Positions 58,257-64,000 of a stretch of DNA of 64,000 nucleotides are shown one piece after another. The notes beneath the pieces are model-generated. The model ran no database searches, was not told where the DNA came from, and was given only the letters and a program-made list of their open reading frames with translations. This DNA is from Chthonomonadales bacterium. GTDB taxonomy: Bacteria; Armatimonadota; Chthonomonadetes; Chthonomonadales; CAJBBX01. The translations under genes were made by a program, and so were the position numbers. Location: assembly GCA_037443035.1 (NCBI GenBank), contig JBBIPC010000006.1, positions 519-64,518 of the forward strand. Reading direction: 5' to 3'. Every line of letters starts with the position of its first letter. Position 1 is the first letter of the stretch.

Positions 58257-59624
58257 CTATGCCTCCGAACCCAGCCCCGCAGGCATCGTCTCGGGCAGGC
58301 GGTGCGTTCCGTCTGTGGGCTCGAAAAACGATGCCAGGCGAGGCAGCCATTCGCGGTTCGCCTCAGGCGTGAACTGAGCGGAGTTCAGCTCCACACCGTT
58401 GATGGTTGGCACGTAGGCTGCGAAGATACCAGCATGGAGAGCCGCCAGTCCGGGGTTCGTGAGGTCCTGTAAGGCCACACTCATGCCGTGTTGGTACGCC
58501 CAGGCAGCCGCCACCAACGCGAAGCTATGTCCCTTGCACGTTTTCAGTGCAAGACCGCTCCATCCCTGCTCCTGTGCGAGCGGCAGTATCTCCGGACCTG
58601 TCAACCCTTCATCCAGGAGGACGGGTTTCATGGCTGTCACCGGACGCCAGTCGTAGGCTTCTGCCGTGATATCGCGCCCCGTCGGCTGCTCCAGATACTC
58701 GATGGCGTCGAAGGCAGCTTCGTCCAGGGACCGAACACGCGCCAGGTACTCGGCAGCGGCCTCGGGATTGGGAGTTGCTCCGTTGCTGTCGGCGGTAAGG
58801 CGCGGTGTGCGGACGCCCGTCTCCCGCAAGGCGCGAAACACCTCCACCGTCCACTGTGCATCGGTGGTCACCTCAGCGCCTGTAATCTTCAGCTTCGCGG
58901 CGTGGTAGCCTCGACCTTGCACCCACATGTCGAGAAGCGACCGGAGGTCATCCTCTCGGCTGATGACAAGCCATGCATCGAATGCTCGGATAGGCTCTTG
59001 TCTCAAGAGGGAGTGGATTGCCGCGCCAGCGCTGGTCTTGTCGAACCAGCAGTCCACCGTATCGAAGCGCTGATTTTTGTCGTAGATTTCCATGGCGGAG
59101 CGACCGAGTGCCAGGCCGACGGCATCGTGAATCGCAGCATCGAAGGGGCTGAGGCACATGGCCAGAGCGAGTGGCGTTGGCGGTGTTGCCAGGGAGCGCA
59201 GGTCCGGCAGGTGTGCAGGCAGGCCGAGAGCCGCAGCGTGCAGGCGCAAGCCCAACTCCAGAGGGTGCGCTGGCTCCCCTCCGACAAGCTGCGGCAGCTC
59301 GGCAGCAATGTGTCTGCAGACGGAGCGGAGCATGTTGTCGCGCGTCGCGTGGTCCAATGCTGTGTCCGGCCACGACCAGAGATCGCTCAGGTACATTGCG
59401 CCTCGACCGCGTGCGATACGCGACCCCACTGCCACGCGCACTGTGACCCGGACCTCGGTGATCTCTGTGATGGCTCCCGAGCTGATTACCAATGGCCGGA
59501 CGAAGCGTCGTGGAAGGAACTCGACAGTCGCCTCGAGGACCATGCCGTGCAGGTAATCGGGCATATGGATACTCGTGTCGCTCTTTTCCTCAGACTGAAC
59601 AGCACCGTCTACAACATTGTGCAC
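58257..59624 (-). CDS. enolase superfamily protein (MLE-subgroup-like)
   Basis: 455 aa. KxK (AKLKITG), metal-ligand contexts TADSNGA, YLEQP and LLDEGL, and second lysine LKTCKGH. The start may be MPDYLHGM at 59564. Confidence 0.7.
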   Translation of the reverse strand: MHNVVDGAVQSEEKSDTSIHMPDYLHGMVLEATVEFLPRRFVRPLVISSGAITEITEVRVTVRVAVGSRIARGRGAMYLSDLWSWPDTALDHATRDNMLRSVCRHIAAELPQLVGGEPAHPLELGLRLHAAALGLPAHLPDLRSLATPPTPLALAMCLSPFDAAIHDAVGLALGRSAMEIYDKNQRFDTVDCWFDKTSAGAAIHSLLRQEPIRAFDAWLVISREDDLRSLLDMWVQGRGYHAAKLKITGAEVTTDAQWTVEVFRALRETGVRTPRLTADSNGATPNPEAAAEYLARVRSLDEAAFDAIEYLEQPTGRDITAEAYDWRPVTAMKPVLLDEGLTGPEILPLAQEQGWSGLALKTCKGHSFALVAAAWAYQHGMSVALQDLTNPGLAALHAGIFAAYVPTINGVELNSAQFTPEANREWLPRLASFFEPTDGTHRLPETMPAGLGSEA

Positions 59625-59678
59625 GCAATGCGCCCAACATGACTACTCCCTACGTCAAGGGACGCAGGCGCGTCACAA

Positions 59679-59708
59679 TTGACACTGGCGTAAGCGTATG
59701 CGTATAAT
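59679..59708 (+). promoter_or_regulatory. consensus sigma-70 promoter for the tRNA gene
   Basis: TTGACA (59679-59684), 18-nt spacer, TATAAT (59703-59708). The tRNA 5' end lies 10 nt downstream. Confidence 0.7.
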
Positions 59709-59717
59709 AGGATGCTC

Positions 59718-59793
59718 GGCGGGATAGCTCAGTGGTTAGAGCGAACGGCTCATAATCGTTAGGTCGAGGGTTCGAATCCCTCTCCCGCTACCA
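59718..59793 (+). tRNA. tRNA with CAT anticodon (elongator Met or lysidine-modified Ile2), CCA encoded
   Basis: Full cloverleaf drawn by hand. Acceptor stem 59718-59724/59783-59789, D stem GCTC/GAGC, anticodon loop CTCATAA, T arm GAGGG-TTCGAAT-CCCTC, discriminator A, then CCA. Confidence 0.9.
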
Positions 59794-59806
59794 TGGTACG
59801 ATCTTA

Positions 59807-59833
59807 GGAGGCCCGGGGTGTGCTCGGGCCTTC
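59807..59833 (+). terminator. hairpin after the tRNA (weak terminator or RBS-sequestering stem)
   Basis: The stem 59807-59815/59825-59833 includes GGCCCG/CGGGCC. Its left arm contains AGGAGG (59806-59811). The T-tract is poor. Confidence 0.4.
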
Positions 59834-60993
59834 CTTCGAGGAGCCGTCCCAAGCGGATGATGATGCTGCGCTATATCCGAGCTGCCGTCGTACCGTGGAT
59901 GTGCAAGCATATGACCACTTGTACGCCGCTTAGCCGAGCTACGCTCGCTGTCACGATTCTGCTGATCGCCACATCTGCGTCCCGTGCAGAGGACATCGTA
60001 TGGGCAACTGGTCGCGTGCTCGATTCGAGTGGAACTCGACCGGTGCCGGGTGCCGTCGTGGCTGTGTACGACGCCAAGAATCGTGTGGTGGACTATGTGA
60101 AAACGGACGCCAACGGGGAATACGCCCTGGCCATCCCGAAGAGTGCGCTGAACCTCCCACGGAGGCGTGGCGGGTTCTTGCACCAAGTCTCCAAGACGGT
60201 GAACTCTGCAGTGAGCAGTGCGGGCGGTCTGATCGGGGCACCCATCAAGGCAGGCATCCGAGCCGCAGCTTCGGCAGCGGGTGGCACGGATCCGCTTACG
60301 AGGGCAGGAATCGGTGCTGCCGCCGGTGTGGTGAGCAACATTGTGGATATCGTTACCGGCAGTGGTGCAACGCGGCGAGCATTGGAGCGTAGTGCTCCTG
60401 GTGTCGTGACCATGCGGGTGTATGCAGACGGCCACGAGGATGTGGCAGGTCTCAGCAGGGTCTACTGGATGCAGGAGGAGGTCTATCGGGTCGGTGGCGG
60501 CGAGCAGAGGGCTACGGTAGCATGGCTCGATCCGGTTCGTCTTGGTTCGGCAGGAGGCGGTCGTTCCGTCCTGAGCTCCGATCTGATGTGTTTCACGGAG
60601 GCGAGGGTCAGCCCAGCGATCGTTGAGCGTGGACAGGAAGTAACGCTATCGGTGACCTTCCATCAGGCTTCGGAGCCACGCACACCAGTGGTGATCGTTG
60701 CCCGAAACTCCCGTACAGGCCAGATGTACGAGCTCGAGCGTGTCGGGCCTGACAGGTACGCGTGTCGCTTCATGGTTGACAAGAGGAATCCGCTGAACGA
60801 CCAAATCCTCACGGTCATTGCGTATGCAGGTCAGGATACAAGACCTGGGAGGCTGCCTGACGTGGAGCGAGCGCTGCTTCGTGGCGGTTTCTGGGATCCG
60901 GGCCGTCGGTTCGTGTACAACCCGCTCCTAGTTGCAGGCAGGAACCGCGTAGAGGTCACCCTCACGGTGGTGGAACCTCCGCGCAGGAGATAG
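59818..60993 (+). CDS. secreted protein with carboxypeptidase-regulatory-like N-terminal domain
   Basis: 391 aa maximal ORF. The GTG at 59818 lies 6 nt after AGGAGG. An alternative ATG at 59911 directly precedes the signal peptide MTTCTPLSRATLAVTILLIATSASRA. GRVLDSSGTRPVPGAVVAVYDAKNRVVDYVKTDANGEYAL matches the CarboxypepD_reg pattern. Confidence 0.6.
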   Translation: MCSGLPSRSRPKRMMMLRYIRAAVVPWMCKHMTTCTPLSRATLAVTILLIATSASRAEDIVWATGRVLDSSGTRPVPGAVVAVYDAKNRVVDYVKTDANGEYALAIPKSALNLPRRRGGFLHQVSKTVNSAVSSAGGLIGAPIKAGIRAAASAAGGTDPLTRAGIGAAAGVVSNIVDIVTGSGATRRALERSAPGVVTMRVYADGHEDVAGLSRVYWMQEEVYRVGGGEQRATVAWLDPVRLGSAGGGRSVLSSDLMCFTEARVSPAIVERGQEVTLSVTFHQASEPRTPVVIVARNSRTGQMYELERVGPDRYACRFMVDKRNPLNDQILTVIAYAGQDTRPGRLPDVERALLRGGFWDPGRRFVYNPLLVAGRNRVEVTLTVVEPPRRR

Positions 60994-61162
60994 GCCACTT
61001 CACGTGGCACTGGTGCCGCTTCCTTTGGAGAGCTGCACCGCGCCGACCCGGTGGCGTGCTAGATAACCGGGTGTTTGGACAGGATTGCTGGGACGCTCAG
61101 GCAGCATCTCGAGGCCCAGTCGGTCTCAGGAAGCGCCGGCGGCCCCGCCAGGAGACAATTCT

Positions 61163-64000
61163 ATGCACGTAGAGGACGTCGGGGAGGAACGCGACGGGGG
61201 GTCCGTCGCTGCGCCCGATTCGTCGTCGGTAGCCCAACCATCTTCAGTACCTGAGGACGCCAGCGGCACTCCACCACGAGAACGTACCTCGTCACAGCGC
61301 TCCAGGCTGGAATCTGCCGTGCCTTCGGATCTCAGTTCCGACGCACAAATGACGGCCGTGGCGCAATCTCAGGCGGAGACTGGAGCGAAGGCCGGCAAGG
61401 ACAGTGGCAAGCGTTCGTCCCGTTCGCGATCTCGCAGGTCTCGAAGCACGCCAAGCCCAAGCAAGGCGGATGATCGAGCTGCTGTCGAGTCAGTAACCCC
61501 GCCTGAGGAGACGCAGGCGCATGATATCGTTCCGGATGCTGTAGCTGAACTGCGTGAACCTGTTGTGGCTCGACAGGCCCGCCCACGGAGAGTCTCGAAG
61601 ACACGGCGATCCGCGGAGCCGGATGCGCAGGCGTTGGCGGCTGCGCAAAGCAACGACCAGGTGGTGGATACTGGTGCTCCTCGGTCAGCACGCAAGGCGG
61701 CTCGCCAGGGGGCCGAACCAACGCGGGCACGTATTGCCGTACGCAAGGGATTGCCGGAGATCGTCGTCTCGGACGAAACACTGCCTCCCGCCATGCTGTT
61801 CGGCAACGTCACTGCCTCGGGCGCTTCACGCAGGGTCCACAGCCAGGCCGTACGTGCCGCTGCGAACGGAGTGCGCCTTCTCTCGACGCTAGTCGAGCTT
61901 GTCTGCCCCATGCCACCGGATGACACGGTGTACCAGATGCTGGATGAGCGGATGGAGCTGTTGTTGAGCGTAGGGCGCGATGTGTATGTCATCCCTCGCG
62001 TCGTCTTCGTGCCTTCGCCGATCTGGCGCGAGCAGTACCCCATGGAAATCCAGGCATACGAACGTGGCAAGGGCGAGGATCCCTCCATCGCTTCCGACCA
62101 TTACTGGGACGAGGCCGGACGGTCTCTGCGACTGCTCATAGAACATGCTCGAAGAACCAGTTACGGCCATCGCGTGATCGGTTACCATCTGGAACGGGGG
62201 GAGTGGTTTCAGCCAATAGACGCAGGCTTCGACCGATGCTATGCCAATCGCGAAGGCTTCCGGCGCTGGCTGCGTCGGAAGTACGGGGATAGCGAAGTCG
62301 CCCTGCGTGCCGCCTGGTTCGACGGCAAGGCCCAGTTTTTCACTGCGGAGATTCCACCCGTTCCGCAACCACTGCCTGCGGTGCCTTTCTTCGACCCACG
62401 CCGCGAGCGGAGGTGGATCGATTTCATGGAGTACACGTCCGACATGACCGCCGAGCGGATCATGGCTCTCGCGAAGGTCGTGAAGGAAGCTACGGAGGGC
62501 CGTGCACTTGTGTCGGCGTGCTACGGCTACACTTGGGAGTTCGCCCAGCCGTGGTCCGGTCATCTCGCGTTAGAACGACTGCTGGAATGCCCGGACATAG
62601 ACATACTGACGGGGCCCATTTCCTATGCAGAACGGTCTCCAGGCGCATCCGGAGCTTTGCCTGGACCAGTGGATAGCGTCCTCCTCCACGGGAAGTTGTG
62701 GATGGTCGAAGACGACACGAAGACGCACTTGGCTAGGCCATCATCGAGCTTGGACAGCTTCAATCCGCGCATGGACAACAAGGGCGCTACAGCAGCGGTC
62801 CATCTGCGCACCATCGGAACGGCGCTGGCCCACCAGCTCGGTGTGGCGTGGATGGATCTGTGGGGAGAGGGTTGGCTAGACGGCGACGAGATCTGGGGGA
62901 CGTTGGGGTGGTTCACGGACATAGCAGCACGTTGTTCCAAGACACGCCGTCGCACCTCACCAGAGGTCGTGGCACTCCTGGATGAGAGGAGCCTGTGCCA
63001 CTTCAACGGCGGCGAAGGGCTCATGCAGAAGGTTCTCCTGTCGAACCGTGAGAGCCTGTGCCGATGCGGAGCAACAGTCGGCGTCTACCTGCAAAGCGAT
63101 GTCATCCACAAGGACTTTCCGACCGATGCGAAGCTCTACCTCTTCCTGACTCCGTACCGCCTCCCTGAGGCGCAACGCGCGGCCATCCGGGATAAGCTCT
63201 GGGGTGGTGGAAGGACACTCGTGTGGTTCTACGGTGTCGGGACGATGACGGATCGCGACGCGTTGGAAGAGCCGACCCCCGACGTCGTGGGGCTGAACTT
63301 GCGTCCGCAGCCCTGGCATTCCGAAATCGGGACCCGCATTGTGCAACCGGGTCACGTCGTTGTCCAGGGCGTGCCTGACCGCACGCTCGGCACGCGCATG
63401 TGCCTGAATCCCTCCTACTATGTGGATGACGATAGCCCTGGCATGGTGATCCTCGGCGAGTATGAGCAGACTGGCCTGCCGTCCCTCGTACTGCGAAACT
63501 ACGGACACGGTACGACCGTTTTCTGCGGCGAGCCCATGCTGACGCCGGAACTGCTTCGCGGGCTCTGCCGGTACGCTGGCGTACACCTCTACACCCGGGC
63601 CCCTGAAGACTACGCGCAAGCTGGCTATGGATGGCTCACGCTCCATGTCCTGCGCGACGGCTTCCGTACCCTGACGCTTCCAGACGGCACGATAGCCTGC
63701 GATGCGTCCGAGCGGATATGCTCCTTGTCGGGTGCCAGGGAATATCGCAGCCAGGTGCGCGCGAAGGGCACCTATGTGTTCTACATCGGTCCGCAGGAAA
63801 TAGCCCGGAAACTCGGTTTCGAGCCAAGTCGTACGAAGCCCGCACTGCCTCCCCCCACGATGCCACCACCGCCGCCCCTGCCGACCTTCGAGCCTGCCAG
63901 ACCTGCGGAGGAGCAACCTGAGACTCCGGCAGCCAGTGGGCAGATCGCTCCGATCGAGGAAGCCGCGCAGACCGCGCCCGAGCTGGTTGGTACGGAGGGC
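61163..64000 (+). CDS. large protein, partial: disordered Ser/Arg-rich N-terminus, GH42-like (beta-galactosidase-like) core, Pro-rich tail
   Basis: Absent from the ORF track because it has no stop before the window end. The ATG at 61163 lies 7 nt after AGGAGA and an in-frame stop lies upstream at 61064. I translated 946 open codons by hand. Core segments such as ANREGFRRWLRRKYGDSEVALRAAWFDG and LYLFLTPYRLPEAQRAAIRDKL...TLVWFYGVG resemble the GH42 catalytic and trimerisation domains. Confidence 0.7.
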   Translation, partial: MHVEDVGEERDGGSVAAPDSSSVAQPSSVPEDASGTPPRERTSSQRSRLESAVPSDLSSDAQMTAVAQSQAETGAKAGKDSGKRSSRSRSRRSRSTPSPSKADDRAAVESVTPPEETQAHDIVPDAVAELREPVVARQARPRRVSKTRRSAEPDAQALAAAQSNDQVVDTGAPRSARKAARQGAEPTRARIAVRKGLPEIVVSDETLPPAMLFGNVTASGASRRVHSQAVRAAANGVRLLSTLVELVCPMPPDDTVYQMLDERMELLLSVGRDVYVIPRVVFVPSPIWREQYPMEIQAYERGKGEDPSIASDHYWDEAGRSLRLLIEHARRTSYGHRVIGYHLERGEWFQPIDAGFDRCYANREGFRRWLRRKYGDSEVALRAAWFDGKAQFFTAEIPPVPQPLPAVPFFDPRRERRWIDFMEYTSDMTAERIMALAKVVKEATEGRALVSACYGYTWEFAQPWSGHLALERLLECPDIDILTGPISYAERSPGASGALPGPVDSVLLHGKLWMVEDDTKTHLARPSSSLDSFNPRMDNKGATAAVHLRTIGTALAHQLGVAWMDLWGEGWLDGDEIWGTLGWFTDIAARCSKTRRRTSPEVVALLDERSLCHFNGGEGLMQKVLLSNRESLCRCGATVGVYLQSDVIHKDFPTDAKLYLFLTPYRLPEAQRAAIRDKLWGGGRTLVWFYGVGTMTDRDALEEPTPDVVGLNLRPQPWHSEIGTRIVQPGHVVVQGVPDRTLGTRMCLNPSYYVDDDSPGMVILGEYEQTGLPSLVLRNYGHGTTVFCGEPMLTPELLRGLCRYAGVHLYTRAPEDYAQAGYGWLTLHVLRDGFRTLTLPDGTIACDASERICSLSGAREYRSQVRAKGTYVFYIGPQEIARKLGFEPSRTKPALPPPTMPPPPPLPTFEPARPAEEQPETPAASGQIAPIEEAAQTAPELVGTEG

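Noticed and set aside
58488-59642. 384-aa plus-strand ORF
   Set aside because: It is antisense to the enolase-superfamily gene, which carries the full set of catalytic motifs. The ORF's product is low complexity.
59718-59793. Initiator tRNA-fMet identity
   Set aside because: Position 1-72 is a G-U pair, not a C-A mismatch, and the anticodon stem lacks the three consecutive G-C pairs. It is elongator Met or Ile2.
62957-63916. 319-aa minus-strand ORF (also 61369-62088 and 61889-62563)
   Set aside because: These are antisense to the 946-codon plus-strand ORF that runs off the window. That ORF has an AGGAGA RBS and GH42-like segments. The minus-strand products are Arg/Gly/Ala-rich without motifs.
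1-64000. Search for CRISPR arrays, IS elements, integrases, prophage remnants, toxin-antitoxin pairs or defence islands
   Set aside because: I found no regularly spaced repeats, no transposase, integrase or recombinase-like ORFs, no terminal inverted repeats, and no marked compositional island. The tRNA gene is not flanked by an integrase. Apart from the items listed, the window looks like core chromosome.

Overview
GC-rich bacterial chromosomal segment, gene-dense on both strands. It holds about 56 protein-coding genes and one tRNA (anticodon CAT). I found no rRNA, no CRISPR array, and no recognisable transposase, integrase, phage or plasmid genes.

Most of the content is core housekeeping: aspS, hisS, glnD, comM, glgA, lon, clpP, tig, prfB, sua5/tsaC, folC, coaX and fucI. 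Mixed in are transport and envelope modules: an ABC-2 type exporter, an ArsR-controlled RND pump, two ECF sigma/anti-sigma pairs, and Spy/ZraP-like periplasmic proteins. There are also two small catabolic clusters.

Four items are invisible in the supplied ORF track and were recovered by reading the sequence:
- edge-truncated aspS (1-1455, minus strand);
- an ORF of at least 946 codons running off the right edge (61163-64000, plus strand);
- the +1 programmed frameshift in prfB (CTT TGA C at 25264-25270);
- a 55-codon zinc-ribbon gene (6507-6674).

Many long ORFs in the track are antisense or out-of-frame shadows typical of GC-rich DNA. Several true genes start well inside their maximal ORF.

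I do not see a clear new multi-gene system such as a defence island. The most unusual element is an orphan promoter-to-terminator unit of about 225 nt (31651-31913) upstream of a small HNH endonuclease gene and folC. It has extensive nested base-pairing and I could not assign it to any RNA family from memory. It is a candidate structured RNA or attenuator and needs covariation and transcript evidence.

Secondary points of interest are a six-gene translationally coupled operon of unknown role, a stand-alone DnaA domain-I-like protein, and an enolase-superfamily / amidohydrolase / aminotransferase cluster. The phylum cannot be assigned from this window alone.
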